From NCBI RefSeq assembly GCF_000011805.1, contig NC_006840.2: a stretch of DNA of 32,000 nt; one strand, written 5' to 3'. Positions 18,192 to 28,763 of this stretch are shown here, piece after piece. The notes under the pieces are model-generated. The model ran no database searches. It saw only the letters and a program-made list of their open reading frames with translations, and had not been told where the DNA came from. The DNA is from Aliivibrio fischeri ES114 (GTDB lineage: Bacteria > Pseudomonadota > Gammaproteobacteria > Enterobacterales > Vibrionaceae). Position numbers and translations under genes: made by a program. Position 1 is the stretch's first letter, and each line of letters begins with the position of its first letter.

Positions 18192-19073
18192 TTATGGGTT
18201 ACGAGGGAACTTATCGAAGTCTGGACGACGTTTTTCGTTAAACGCGTTACGACCCTCTTGACCTTCTTCTGTCATGTAGAACATCATTGTTGCGTTACCC
18301 GCTAACTCTTGAAGACCTGCTTGGCCATCACAATCAGCATTTAACGCCGCTTTTAGACAACGTAATGCCATTGGGCTGTGTTGTAGTGTTTCACGACACC
18401 AACGAACCGTTTCTTTTTCTAGATCAGCAACAGGAACAACCGTGTTTACTAAACCCATATCCAACGCTTCTTGAGCATCGTAGAAACGGCAAAGGAACCA
18501 GATTTCACGAGCTTTCTTCTGACCAACGATGCGAGCCATGTAAGAAGCACCCCAACCACCGTCAAAAGAACCTACTTTAGGACCTGTTTGACCAAACTGT
18601 GCATTTTCAGCAGCAATGGTTAAATCACACATCATATGAAGAACATGACCACCACCAACAGCGTAACCTGCTACTGCAGCAATCACTGGTTTTGGACAAG
18701 TACGGATTTGACGTTGGAAATCCAATACGTTTAAGTGGTGTGTACCACTGTCATCACGGTAACCGCCGTAATCGCCACGGATCTTCTGGTCGCCACCTGA
18801 ACAGAATGCGTCTTCACCTAAACCAGTTAAAATGATCACACCTACTTTTTCATCGTAACGTGCATCCGCTAACGCATCGATCATCTCTTTTACTGTGCCC
18901 GGACGAAATGCGTTACGCACTTGTGGACGAGCAATCGTAATCTTTGCGATACCATCTGCTGATTTGTGGTACTGAATGTCTTCGTATTGCGCAGTGCAAT
19001 CTGTCCAATCTACTGGAGCGTAAAGTTCTTCTTCTGAAATGCCAACAGTTCTTGCCATGGGATTTATGTCCAT
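18192..19073 (-). CDS. menB: 1,4-dihydroxy-2-naphthoyl-CoA synthase
   Basis: Crotonase fold with the MenB-type sequence [75 protein letters not shown]. Confidence 0.98.
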   Translation of the reverse strand: MDINPMARTVGISEEELYAPVDWTDCTAQYEDIQYHKSADGIAKITIARPQVRNAFRPGTVKEMIDALADARYDEKVGVIILTGLGEDAFCSGGDQKIRGDYGGYRDDSGTHHLNVLDFQRQIRTCPKPVIAAVAGYAVGGGHVLHMMCDLTIAAENAQFGQTGPKVGSFDGGWGASYMARIVGQKKAREIWFLCRFYDAQEALDMGLVNTVVPVADLEKETVRWCRETLQHSPMALRCLKAALNADCDGQAGLQELAGNATMMFYMTEEGQEGRNAFNEKRRPDFDKFPRNP

Positions 19074-19858
19074 TGTTGTAAGAATGTATTAAGTACATGT
19101 GTAAAGCGTTCGGGCTGTTCCACATGAGCGTTATGCCCTGCCTGAGCAATGATTTGATACGTTAATTGACTTTGCTCAGCCAAGTGTTGAAATTTTTTAT
19201 CTGCTTCGCCGCAAATATAAAGAATTGGAATGGTGCTACGATGTAATGCATCAAGCAAATATGGTTGCTTAGCAAGTGACGTAGATCTCAACATCATTCC
19301 AATTGCAGGTCCAAGATTATCACTTCTCTTGGTTACTAAAACTTGTCTTTGCTCAGGGTTTAGTGAAGAAAACACCGCTTGTTGATACCAATTGTCTAAA
19401 ACATCAACAATAGGTAGTTCTTCAAAGCGCTTTGCCCATTGAATATCATTTTCCAAGCGTAGCAGCTTTTCTTCTTCTGAAACTAAGCCAAAGTTTCCAC
19501 CTTCAATACACAGTCCTTTCACCTCTATCGAAGAAGGCAAAGAATACATAGCATGAAGATACATCGCTAATCGCCCACCCAACGAGTATCCAACAAGGAT
19601 AAAGGTCTGATAAGGTGATTTTTCCAATTGTTCAACAATCAACTGGCAGCTCTGTTCAAATCCCTCATTGTGATCCAATAAGGTTGATTGACTGTTTCCA
19701 TGTCCTGGAAGATCAATTAATAATACCGGATGCGTCTTTGCAACCTTTGCAGCAATGCTTGACCAGTCTTTCGTTGATCCTAACAATCCATGTAAAAATA
19801 CCACGCAAGGTTGAGTGGTATTTTTCATGGTTTCCAATTGATTAGAATAAAGCGGCAT
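19064..19858 (-). CDS. menH: 2-succinyl-6-hydroxy-2,4-cyclohexadiene-1-carboxylate synthase
   Basis: Alpha/beta hydrolase: [52 protein letters not shown]; men cluster context. Confidence 0.95.
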   Translation of the reverse strand: MPLYSNQLETMKNTTQPCVVFLHGLLGSTKDWSSIAAKVAKTHPVLLIDLPGHGNSQSTLLDHNEGFEQSCQLIVEQLEKSPYQTFILVGYSLGGRLAMYLHAMYSLPSSIEVKGLCIEGGNFGLVSEEEKLLRLENDIQWAKRFEELPIVDVLDNWYQQAVFSSLNPEQRQVLVTKRSDNLGPAIGMMLRSTSLAKQPYLLDALHRSTIPILYICGEADKKFQHLAEQSQLTYQIIAQAGHNAHVEQPERFTHVLNTFLQQWT

Positions 19859-21575
19859 GCTGAATGGTCTGAAAAAGACGTGTTAGCTCTTCACCAGATT
19901 GACCTGCTGGTGTATTGATCTCAATTAAATGAATACCCTTTTCTAAGCCATCGTTAATCATTGACATGGCACAGCTTAGAGTTTCTGGCCTATGGTAGGA
20001 CAAACCAAACATCGCAGCAGCATGGCTGAACTCTAGCTGATGAGGCATACGATAGAAATCATCTTTCTTTTTTTCATTCACGGGTAATAAATCAAAAATA
20101 CCACCGCCATCGTTATTCATCACCACAACAACCATAGGTTGCGTCGCTTGCTTTAATAACGCTAAAGAATTCAAATCATAAAGTAATGACGTATCCCCAA
20201 CTAAAGCGAGTAACGGTTTATCATTAGCTAACTGAACCCCAACGGCTGTAGCCACTAAACCATCAATACCTGAAGCGCCACGATTGGTATATACATTTTT
20301 TTGATTAAGCTCACCGGTCATGTCTAATAAGCGAACTATCAAGCTGTTACCAACAAACCAATCGCAATCATTGGCTTTTTGGCCTACGGTAAGCGCAAAG
20401 CTTAATTCAGATAATGTTTCGCTATTGCACGCCATAGAACGAGCCAGCGCCAATGCATTTTGTGATGCCACTTTAAGAGATTCACTCCAATGAACAGATG
20501 GCGCATGGTCAAATACACAATCTCTATCAGCAAGGCTGTCTGCGTGTGTTTGGCACCAAGTTGAAATATCAGCACGATAACGAACATGTGCATGACAACT
20601 TTCGTTTAATAACTCACTATGAGGATCTATTAAATAATAGGCCTGTTGGTAGTTTTTCAACCATGCACCCAAACGTTTTGATACTAATCGAGCACCAAAT
20701 TGCAAAACGCACTCAACTTCGGATAACAACTCAAAACACGCACTATTTTGTAGCCACAAATCGTAATGTGCCCACTCTGAATAATAACCTGATTGTGGAT
20801 CTGCCAATACTGGCCAACCAAGTTCTTTTGCTAACTGTGCTGCGCAATTTGCTTCTTCTAAAGAGACTTTACCGATAATAACAACCCCTTTCTTACGTGC
20901 CGTTTGCATCCAGTTAGGTGATAACGTTACATGAGAAAAGTAAGGTGTTTGTTGTATATAAGAAGAAGTATCCGCTTTCCAGTTCTGAATTGGTGCTAAA
21001 TAATCAACAAGAAGGCTATCGTCTTTTTTGCCATAAAACGGCTCAGGGAAAGGGCAATTAATATGGATAGCGCCACCCTGCTCTTGTTGAACAAAGCACG
21101 CTTGATCAAGACGGCTTAATAACCACTGTGCCGGCACGTTTTGACTTGGAGAAGGCAATTGAAGCGAATGGCAAACGTGTGACGAAAAAATACCCTGCTG
21201 ATTAATTGCTTGGTTCGCTCCACAATTAATCAATTCAACAGGGCGATCTGCAGTAAGTAAGACGAGTTTTTCTTTGGTTAATCCTGATTCAGCAACTGAT
21301 GGCAATAAATTAGCGACTGCAGTACCTGAAGTGACAATAACAGCAACAGGATCATTGGATGCTTTAGCAATACCTAAAGCTAAGAAGCCCAAGCCACGCT
21401 CATCAAAATGGGTATGGATGGATAAAAGAGCATGTTCAGAAGCGGCAAGAGTTAGTGGGGTTGAACGCGAGCCCGGAGCGATGCAAATATGCTTTACTCC
21501 ATTTCGAACTAACTCCTCAATAATTAACTCAGCCCAAACTTGATTTAGCATTACTTGCTGCTCAGGTTGCATCAT
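19842..21575 (-). CDS. menD: 2-succinyl-5-enolpyruvyl-6-hydroxy-3-cyclohexene-1-carboxylate synthase
   Basis: ThDP-dependent enzyme: APGSRSTPLTLAA, TSGTAVANLLPSVAESGLTKEKLVLLTADRP, YTNRGASGIDGLVATAVG, ALVGDTSLLYDLNSL. Confidence 0.97.
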   Translation of the reverse strand: MMQPEQQVMLNQVWAELIIEELVRNGVKHICIAPGSRSTPLTLAASEHALLSIHTHFDERGLGFLALGIAKASNDPVAVIVTSGTAVANLLPSVAESGLTKEKLVLLTADRPVELINCGANQAINQQGIFSSHVCHSLQLPSPSQNVPAQWLLSRLDQACFVQQEQGGAIHINCPFPEPFYGKKDDSLLVDYLAPIQNWKADTSSYIQQTPYFSHVTLSPNWMQTARKKGVVIIGKVSLEEANCAAQLAKELGWPVLADPQSGYYSEWAHYDLWLQNSACFELLSEVECVLQFGARLVSKRLGAWLKNYQQAYYLIDPHSELLNESCHAHVRYRADISTWCQTHADSLADRDCVFDHAPSVHWSESLKVASQNALALARSMACNSETLSELSFALTVGQKANDCDWFVGNSLIVRLLDMTGELNQKNVYTNRGASGIDGLVATAVGVQLANDKPLLALVGDTSLLYDLNSLALLKQATQPMVVVVMNNDGGGIFDLLPVNEKKKDDFYRMPHQLEFSHAAAMFGLSYHRPETLSCAMSMINDGLEKGIHLIEINTPAGQSGEELTRLFQTIQHAALF

Positions 21576-22894
21576 GCGACTTGCGACTCCGTGATATCTG
21601 AACTCACATTAGTATCAGATTCTAATAAGGTACATAAAGTAGAGGTTTTTCTATCTAACTCGTCCCATTCACTGCTTGGCTCAGAACCCGGAACAATACC
21701 AGCACCTGCAAATAAGTGAAGTTTATTACCCATAACCAATGCACTACGAATAGCAACACAAAATTCACTGCGCTGTTGACTCAAGAAGCCGACAGCACCG
21801 CTATACCAACCACGAGCAAAAGGTTCATTATCAATAATGAAATCCAAAGCCGACATACGAGGTAATCCAGCAATAGCTGCCGTTGGTTGTAAGTTATCAA
21901 GTAATTGAGAGTCACTGCATTCCGCATTAATTTCAGCAGAAATAGGACGTTTTAAATGCTGAACTTTGCGTAATTTCACCAATTCAGATGTATCAGCAAC
22001 GTTCATTGAAATACTGAACTTAGATAAACGGTGAACAATATCGTCCACCACTAAACGGTTTTCATACTGATTTTTCTTATCCGAAATTAACCATGAAGCT
22101 AATTGATTATCTTCTTCTTCGTCATGGCCACGTCCAATCGTACCGGCTAATGCTTCTGTTTTTAAAGCATAGCCATTACGTACATATAAACGCTCTGGTG
22201 TTGAACCAATAAAACAATGCTCGCTATCCAACGCCATCATAAAATGAAAACTGTGGCTATTTGACTGGCGACTTGCTTTTAAAAACTGAGCAGACGATAA
22301 ATTCAGATCAAGCGTTAATGTCGTTTTACGAGCGAGTACCACTTTTTCAAACTGCTTATTTTCAATTGCAGTTAACGCTTTATTGACCATGTTTGACCAA
22401 TCCGCTTTTTCAGGCGTATTGATACGTTGAGTTACTCGGCAATGTAATTCAGATAAATCGTCAAACTCTTCTGTCATTTTATTTAATGTAGAGAGCAAGC
22501 GAGAATTATCTTCTGACACATTCACCATAATATTCCACGATGAACCCAAACGCGTAATTTCTACTTGAGGAAGAAAAAAGAAAGATGACATACAGCGACG
22601 ATTACGTTCAGTTCGACCATCAAAAGATCGGCCCCCCCAAATACGTTGTTGAGGTGCGAGAACTTTTTGAGCGGCACTAGGATCGGTAAACGTCTTAACT
22701 TGACCCAATACTGCCACTTCTTCTTCACCGTCACGTGATTGCCAATAAAACTTAGGAAATACAGGTTGTGCTTCTAACCAATCAATTAGCTGCTCACCAA
22801 TAGACCAATCCAGTTTTAAAGAAATTGTATGGGATGTTGTTGCCTGTGTAATTTGATGACGGATCGATTCAATGGCATCTTGAAAAGTGGACAA
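21572..22894 (-). CDS. menF: Isochorismate synthase
   Basis: Chorismate-binding motifs KVVLARKTTL, FIGSTPERLY, TEALAGTIGRG, SAEINAECSDSQLLDNLQPTAAIAGLPR, AGAGIVPGSEPSSEWDELDRK; ATGA overlap with menD. Confidence 0.96.
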   Translation of the reverse strand: MSTFQDAIESIRHQITQATTSHTISLKLDWSIGEQLIDWLEAQPVFPKFYWQSRDGEEEVAVLGQVKTFTDPSAAQKVLAPQQRIWGGRSFDGRTERNRRCMSSFFFLPQVEITRLGSSWNIMVNVSEDNSRLLSTLNKMTEEFDDLSELHCRVTQRINTPEKADWSNMVNKALTAIENKQFEKVVLARKTTLTLDLNLSSAQFLKASRQSNSHSFHFMMALDSEHCFIGSTPERLYVRNGYALKTEALAGTIGRGHDEEEDNQLASWLISDKKNQYENRLVVDDIVHRLSKFSISMNVADTSELVKLRKVQHLKRPISAEINAECSDSQLLDNLQPTAAIAGLPRMSALDFIIDNEPFARGWYSGAVGFLSQQRSEFCVAIRSALVMGNKLHLFAGAGIVPGSEPSSEWDELDRKTSTLCTLLESDTNVSSDITESQVA

Positions 22895-23277
22895 ATTAAC
22901 CTCTCTTGATCGTTTTCAGCCATCATGGCAACCGACTTGCACAAGCGGAATTGCTTGTTATTTCCTTGTATGAATTAGTGATTCTAGCAAAAGGTTTGTA
23001 AATAAAAAATAATTCACATCAATTGTATGTCTAAAAAATAAAACTCTTATCAAATTTTGCTTGTTTATGAAAATCTAAAACAAGAAAAGCAATACCTAAA
23101 AAATTCTTAAATCACGCAAAAAAGGCGATGAAATTAAAAGAAGAGAAATTATCTATTTTTAGATAGAAATATGGCAGAAGATGTTTTTACATGATTTTTT
23201 TCTAAAAATTGGTTCTCAGCCTATTAGAAATAGTGTAATTTGAATCTATATCGTTTTTATATCATCAGGGTTTCACC

Positions 23278-24492
23278 ATGCAAAATATTGGAATGTCATC
23301 AAAACTTAGCAGTGTATGCTACGACATCCGTGGTCCAGTTCTTAAACATGCTAAGCGAATGGAAGAAGAAGGCCACAAAATTCTTAAGTTAAATATTGGG
23401 AATCCAGCCCCATTTGGCTTTGACGCCCCTGATGAAATCCTTGTTGATGTGATTAAAAATCTACCAACATCGCAAGGTTACTGTGATTCAAAAGGCATTT
23501 ACTCAGCACGTAAAGCTGTTGTTCAACATTATCAACGTCGTGGTCTATTAGATTTGGACGTAGAAGATGTTTACATCGGTAATGGTGCATCTGAGCTGAT
23601 CGTTATGGCAATGCAAGCATTGTTAAATAATGGCGATGAAATGCTAGTTCCTGCTCCTGATTACCCATTATGGACAGCTGCAGTGTCACTTTCAGGTGGT
23701 AAACCTGTGCATTACATGTGTGATGAAGGGGCAGATTGGTACCCAGATTTAGACGACATTAAAAAGAAAATCACACCAAACACTAAAGGTATCGTGTTAA
23801 TTAACCCGAATAACCCAACAGGTGCGGTATACAGTCGTGATTTCTTACTACAAGTTGTCGAAATTGCACGTCAAAACAACCTAATCATTTTTGCTGATGA
23901 AATTTATGACAAAGTACTTTATGACGGTGCAGTTCATACTACATTGGCAACATTAGCACCTGATATCTTAACGGTAACATTCAACGGTCTATCTAAAGCG
24001 TATCGAGTATGTGGTTTCCGTGGTGGTTGGATGTTCTTAAACGGCCCTAAAGATCACGCTCAAGGTTACATTGCTGGGTTGGATATGCTTGCTTCAATGC
24101 GCTTATGTGCAAACGTACCTATGCAACATGCGATTCAAACAGCGTTAGGTGGTTATCAAAGCATTAATGAGCTTCTGCTTCCTGGCGGTCGTCTATTAGA
24201 GCAGCGTGATAAAGCGTATGATCTTATTACACAAATTCCGGGTGTAAGTTGTGTGAAACCAAAAGGCGCAATGTATCTGTTCCCTAAACTTGATCCTAAG
24301 ATGTACAAGATTAAAGATGATCAGAAGTTTGTGCTGGATTTCTTAATCAAAGAGAAGGTTCTACTAGTTCAAGGAACTGGCTTTAACTGGCCAACACCTG
24401 ATCATTTCCGTATCGTGACATTACCACGAGTTGATGATCTAGAGACTGCGATTGGTCGCCTAGAGCGCTTCCTACACACTTACAAACAATAA
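23278..24492 (+). CDS. alaA: Pyridoxal phosphate-dependent alanine/valine-type aminotransferase
   Basis: Class I/II aminotransferase: NIGNPAPFGF, YIGNGASELIVMAMQALLN, INPNNPTGAVYSRDFL, FNGLSKAYRVCGFRGGW, consistent with AlaA. Confidence 0.93.
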   Translation: MQNIGMSSKLSSVCYDIRGPVLKHAKRMEEEGHKILKLNIGNPAPFGFDAPDEILVDVIKNLPTSQGYCDSKGIYSARKAVVQHYQRRGLLDLDVEDVYIGNGASELIVMAMQALLNNGDEMLVPAPDYPLWTAAVSLSGGKPVHYMCDEGADWYPDLDDIKKKITPNTKGIVLINPNNPTGAVYSRDFLLQVVEIARQNNLIIFADEIYDKVLYDGAVHTTLATLAPDILTVTFNGLSKAYRVCGFRGGWMFLNGPKDHAQGYIAGLDMLASMRLCANVPMQHAIQTALGGYQSINELLLPGGRLLEQRDKAYDLITQIPGVSCVKPKGAMYLFPKLDPKMYKIKDDQKFVLDFLIKEKVLLVQGTGFNWPTPDHFRIVTLPRVDDLETAIGRLERFLHTYKQ

Positions 24493-24513
24493 ATTGTTCT
24501 TGTTATAAAAATT

Positions 24514-24542
24514 CAAAAGCCTGCTCACTTGCAGGCTTTTTT
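24514..24542. terminator. Intrinsic terminator between convergent alaA and sgrR
   Basis: AAAAGCCTGCTCACTTGCAGGCTTTTTT. Confidence 0.92.
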
Positions 24543-24549
24543 ATACTCA

Positions 24550-26292
24550 CTAATCTTCAGACCACACATCTCGAATTGCAGGCCACCCCCACCCCGTGAT
24601 AGAAACACCTTTAAGTACATCTTGAAAACGTAAAGTCTGCTTATGATGAAAAAGAGGTAATATTTTATAATCACTAATCAGACTTGAAGAAACAGGCTCT
24701 AATTTACCTAAATAGTCTGTTAATTCAGTTATATTCCTAATATTAATTAACTCTGCTTGTAGCCATTCTTTCGCATCTAATGAAAGACTTTGCTGCAAAA
24801 TAGGATTGGATAATAACCAACGAAAGATCGATGTTGGACGGTTATCATCTAAGTCTAGACTCGTTAAGATGACATCTTCAAGCAACGTCTTTTCTTTTGC
24901 TTTTCTATAAAACTCATCGAAAGAATAACTATTAATCTGACACTTTACGCCAAGCTGATTTAATATCTCCATCATTGCACTAGCACATCGAAATAACGTT
25001 TGATGATCAAATACTGCTATAGACAATGTTTCAGGTAACTCTAGTTCTGTTGTTGGCGAGTTAAGTGTTTTCATCCAATGTTGAAGCAGATTATAGGCTG
25101 GGACTGCTTCTATTTTTTCCCCTGATTTAATCACTTCATCTTGTAACTTATTAGGAGATAAAATCTGACTTAAATATTTTCGTTGTAATAATGATAACCC
25201 TGAACTGTGATTAAATAACGCAAGTAAACATCCATCTTCAATTCTTGTTCTTACTTCGTTACTCCTCATTTTTTTATTATCTTGGCTCTTTTCGAGATAA
25301 TGAGTACAAGTGACCTTTTGATCTAAATCAACTTGTCCACTCTTCATTGCAATTTTACCTAATGAATCCATTGCAACCTTCCATATCGTGACACTATCAA
25401 CTAATGCACGACAACCATAATATCGCTCAAAAGCCTGTAGTTGTAATCGTGTATCTGAAAGAGAATCGACTTGAAAGAAACCACAGCCAATACTTGTTTT
25501 TGATGACGATAACTGAGAAACAGGTTGAATCGAATAACGAGCATCAGCAAGTAAACCCGCAAACCCTAAATCCGGTTGGTTTAACTTAAACTCAATACAA
25601 TGTGTATTGGGAGCAGAAATAGCGGTGACGTGCTCTAATTCATCTTGATACTCTGGCAACTCTTTTAATTTTTGAAATAATTCAGCGACACATTCTGCAG
25701 TAATCATACTTCCATCATGAAAATACAATTGTGGTCGTAAATAGAAACACCATCGATATGCTTGTTCATCATAAGTCCAATGGTGAGCTAATTGAGAAGA
25801 CAGTTTTCCCGAAAAATCACATTCAGTTAAACAGCAATAAACCTGCCGTAAAAGAAAACGCTCACTATTTCTTAATGAACAATGTGGTAATAATGCAGAA
25901 AAAGAACGAGGATAAGTAAGCTGAATATGCAGTTCTCCTTCACGTCGAACCACACCTGAGGTATTTTGAAGTAACGCCCCAAATAAAGCATGATCATGAT
26001 CTATCAAAGCTAATGCTTTTTCATACTTACCATTAGAGATCATGGCCTTAGCTAATTCTGATTTCAACTCATTGACGTGGTAATTTAAATAAAGAACAGA
26101 ACGTTGATTTCGACCAACCTTTGGATGCCATTCTAACCACCCTAACTGGCTCATTTCTTTTAAAATAGTTCGGCAATGTCTTGCACTCGTGAAAACGAGA
26201 TCTGCCACCTCATTTAAAGTAATTAAAACTTCCGTTCTAACACCTAATTCAACCATGCGAAAATAATAAGCAGCCAGTTTACCTTCAATCAA
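24550..26292 (-). CDS. sgrR: SgrR-family transcriptional regulator (N-terminal wHTH, C-terminal solute-binding domain)
   Basis: 580 aa: LNEVADLVFTSARHCRTILKEMSQLGWLEWHPKVGRNQRS, then ABC-type SBP domain LTYPRSFSALLPHCSLRNSERFLLRQVYCCLTE...LAHHWTYDEQAYRWCFYLRPQLYFHDGSMITAECV. Confidence 0.9.
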   Translation of the reverse strand: MIEGKLAAYYFRMVELGVRTEVLITLNEVADLVFTSARHCRTILKEMSQLGWLEWHPKVGRNQRSVLYLNYHVNELKSELAKAMISNGKYEKALALIDHDHALFGALLQNTSGVVRREGELHIQLTYPRSFSALLPHCSLRNSERFLLRQVYCCLTECDFSGKLSSQLAHHWTYDEQAYRWCFYLRPQLYFHDGSMITAECVAELFQKLKELPEYQDELEHVTAISAPNTHCIEFKLNQPDLGFAGLLADARYSIQPVSQLSSSKTSIGCGFFQVDSLSDTRLQLQAFERYYGCRALVDSVTIWKVAMDSLGKIAMKSGQVDLDQKVTCTHYLEKSQDNKKMRSNEVRTRIEDGCLLALFNHSSGLSLLQRKYLSQILSPNKLQDEVIKSGEKIEAVPAYNLLQHWMKTLNSPTTELELPETLSIAVFDHQTLFRCASAMMEILNQLGVKCQINSYSFDEFYRKAKEKTLLEDVILTSLDLDDNRPTSIFRWLLSNPILQQSLSLDAKEWLQAELINIRNITELTDYLGKLEPVSSSLISDYKILPLFHHKQTLRFQDVLKGVSITGWGWPAIRDVWSED

Positions 26293-26472
26293 AACATCAC
26301 CTCTTTTTTATTCTTACTTCCCCATTTAAATAAAATACACCTACAAACGGCAAATTTACAATTAAAAACCACAATAATAGGAACTAAATAATAAAATTCA
26401 CTCTCTTTTTAGCTTCCTTATAATTTGAAATAATTTATTTACTCCATCACAACGACCTACAGTAGGCTTAGT

Positions 26473-26655
26473 ATGAAATTATTATCAAACAAACATTCAA
26501 CAGCACTAAAAGATTACTACCAATCAAAATTGCTTATGACAAAAAATTGGATTGAAGTAGAGGCTATTTTATATATGTCATCACTGCTAAACCTTCAAAA
26601 AGAAGAAATACACAGTGATGAATTAAGTAGGAAAAATAAGGAGATTCAGGATTAG
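26473..26655 (+). CDS. Possible small protein divergent from sgrR
   Basis: 60 aa ORF in the sgrR upstream gap, with a plausible promoter (TTCACT...TATAAT, -10 at 26419-26424). No strong RBS and no recognised homolog. Confidence 0.3.
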   Translation: MKLLSNKHSTALKDYYQSKLLMTKNWIEVEAILYMSSLLNLQKEEIHSDELSRKNKEIQD

Positions 26656-26674
26656 ACTAATGATTCAAAAATCT

Positions 26675-27208
26675 TCAACGCTCACGTACAAAGTGGTTCT
26701 GAACAATCGCACCAAGGAAGGTTTCGCTCTTCACAAACTTAAAGTTTAGCGGTTGTTCTAAACCAGCAAATAATGGTGAGCCTCCACCTAACAGCACAGG
26801 TATCGTGGTAATAATAAGCTCATCAATCAAGTCCTCTTTTAAAAAGTTTTGGATAGTCACTCCACCATCGATATACAGGTTTTTAAAACCTTTGGCATGA
26901 ATCTCATTAAGAACCTCTTTCAACTCACCCTTAACTAAAAAGACCTTGTCTTCATACCCTTCAGGAACAGAGGTCATGGTATTACTCAGAACAAAAACCG
27001 GTTTTGAATAAGGCCATTCAACATCAAAACTTAATACCATATCCAAAGTATTACGCCCCATCACCATGGCATCAATACGATCAAAATGTTCAACAAAACC
27101 CATCGAATCTTGTTCTGGATTTGGAATCGCATGTAGCCAGTCAAGGCCTCCGTTTTTATCTGCAATATAACCATCTAAACTTGTTGCTATAAATACACTG
27201 TTTGACAT
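26675..27208 (-). CDS. Dihydrofolate reductase/RibD C-terminal family protein
   Basis: SLDGYIADKNGGLDWL, DAMVMGRNTLDMVL, YIDGGVTIQNFLKEDLIDELIITTIPVLLGGGSPLF. Confidence 0.93.
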   Translation of the reverse strand: MSNSVFIATSLDGYIADKNGGLDWLHAIPNPEQDSMGFVEHFDRIDAMVMGRNTLDMVLSFDVEWPYSKPVFVLSNTMTSVPEGYEDKVFLVKGELKEVLNEIHAKGFKNLYIDGGVTIQNFLKEDLIDELIITTIPVLLGGGSPLFAGLEQPLNFKFVKSETFLGAIVQNHFVRER

Positions 27209-27276
27209 GCAATACCTCGATTCTGATTCGTTAATAGTCTTTACTTGGCTTTGATCATTTCTTTCTATATAATTAT

Positions 27277-27293
27277 TCTACACTGTAGAAATT
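27277..27293. promoter_or_regulatory. Candidate TetR-type operator palindrome
   Basis: ATTCTACA-C-TGTAGAAA, 7 of 8 positions symmetric, between divergent TetR and reductase genes. Confidence 0.55.
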
Positions 27294-27318
27294 AATATTA
27301 GTTTAGCGAGGAATTTAA

Positions 27319-27882
27319 ATGTCTGTCAAGGAGAAAAAAAGAGGAAGACCTAGTGGTTCGAATAAACAATTAAGCCAAAAATCCATAATGATAATGGCAA
27401 AAGAATTAATGAAATCAGAAGGAAAAATCCCAAGTATTCGCAAACTGGCTACGCATCTAAATGTTGATGCAATGGCTATCTACTATTACTTCAGCAATAA
27501 AAACGCGCTACTTGAAGCCATCACAGTGTCATTAATTGAAGAGATACATCAACCAAAAGAACAAACTGACTGGCAAGATGAATTACATCTGTTATGTGTA
27601 AGTTACCTACGCTTACTCAATACGTATACAGGACTGCTTGAGACACTGCTGTCGATGACATCGCAAGGGCCTGCTGATATTTTTACCGAACGTTTTAGCA
27701 TGATCATTGAGCCACTTGAACTCGATAATACAGCGAAAAAAAACGCCTTGGATCTATTAGCAGATTACCTACATGGGTTTGCTCTCGCTTTACACTGTAA
27801 CCCATCGCACGAATTAGATATTTCCGAATACATCAAAGGACCGCTTAATTTTTATTGTCTTGCCCTTAAATATTCACACTAA
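27319..27882 (+). CDS. TetR-family transcriptional regulator
   Basis: N-terminal HTH GKIPSIRKLATHLNVDAMAIYYYFSNKNALLEAI and a TetR_C-like C-terminal part. Confidence 0.92.
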   Translation: MSVKEKKRGRPSGSNKQLSQKSIMIMAKELMKSEGKIPSIRKLATHLNVDAMAIYYYFSNKNALLEAITVSLIEEIHQPKEQTDWQDELHLLCVSYLRLLNTYTGLLETLLSMTSQGPADIFTERFSMIIEPLELDNTAKKNALDLLADYLHGFALALHCNPSHELDISEYIKGPLNFYCLALKYSH

Positions 27883-28763
27883 GCCAAACAGCCCTTAGGC
27901 GTCACATTAAAATGGCGCTTAAACTCACGGCTAAATTGAGAAGTGCTGGTATATCCAACTAAATGAGCAGCGTCATTCACTCGTTTACCTTCTAATTGAA
28001 TCAACTCTTTTGCTTTATTTAAACGTACTTTTTTTAAATACTGCAATGGCGACTCTAGCGTGATTTTCCTAAATGCAGAGTGAAAAGCAGAAACACTCAT
28101 GTTGGCTTCTTCCGCTAAATTTTGCACAGTTAAGCTATTTGCATACGATTGATGCATCTTATTCATCGCTTTAGCAACACGAGCATACTGGCTATCATGA
28201 TGCGCTAAATTAAATAATACGTGACCTTCTGGCCCAGTCAGCACTCGATACACAATCTCAGTTAATAATGCCTCTCCTAGCATTTTTGTATCTAGATCTG
28301 TATGTAATGCTGCCATTAATCGCTTACAGCTCTCCAACATATCATTCGCCATTTTTACGGATGTTAATCCAAAGCCATCTGAAGAGGTTTGTATACAAGG
28401 TTGAAACTTTGCTTCTTCTAGTTCATTTACTAAACGGTGTAACAAAGCGGAATCCACATCAATACTTAAACCTAACAACGGCTCTCCATTTTCTGGGAAT
28501 GCTTCGCACTCTAATGGCATCGGCACGCCCACCACTAAATAATCATCAGGGCCATAATGAACTGGCTGATTACCTATATAAATATTCTTATGACCTTTAC
28601 CAAGAACAATAATCCCTGACTGATAAACAAAAGGCTGACGTTGATTTCCTTTACTACTGCGATAAAACCACACGCCAGGAATAGCGGTTTCTTTAATACC
28701 TTCAAGATCATTAAATCCACAATGATCCGCATAACTTTGCATCAATTCGCCCAAAGACTTCAT
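27879..28763 (-). CDS. AraC-family transcriptional regulator (YqhC-like)
   Basis: C-terminal AraC HTH: LTVQNLAEEANMSVSAFHSAFRKITLESPLQYLKKVRLNKAKELI...VAHLVGYTSTSQFSREFKRHFNVTP; divergent to a YqhD-like gene. Confidence 0.93.
   Translation of the reverse strand: MKSLGELMQSYADHCGFNDLEGIKETAIPGVWFYRSSKGNQRQPFVYQSGIIVLGKGHKNIYIGNQPVHYGPDDYLVVGVPMPLECEAFPENGEPLLGLSIDVDSALLHRLVNELEEAKFQPCIQTSSDGFGLTSVKMANDMLESCKRLMAALHTDLDTKMLGEALLTEIVYRVLTGPEGHVLFNLAHHDSQYARVAKAMNKMHQSYANSLTVQNLAEEANMSVSAFHSAFRKITLESPLQYLKKVRLNKAKELIQLEGKRVNDAAHLVGYTSTSQFSREFKRHFNVTPKGCLA

Noticed and set aside
18287-21543. Short ORFs overlapping menB, menH and menD on either strand
   Set aside because: The men genes have unambiguous motifs; the others are shadow ORFs.
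23151-23166. TATCTA-TTTT-TAGATA inverted repeat upstream of alaA
   Set aside because: Short and wholly AT-rich in AT-rich DNA; likely chance, and no supporting context.
25404-25919. Plus-strand ORFs of 61 and 62 aa inside sgrR
   Set aside because: Antisense to sgrR with no supporting signals.
27004-27192. 62-aa plus-strand ORF antisense to the RibD/DHFR-like gene
   Set aside because: The overlapping reductase is well supported; no evidence for this ORF.
28268-28612. 114-aa plus-strand ORF antisense to the AraC-family gene
   Set aside because: No domain signal; the AraC HTH gene is clear.
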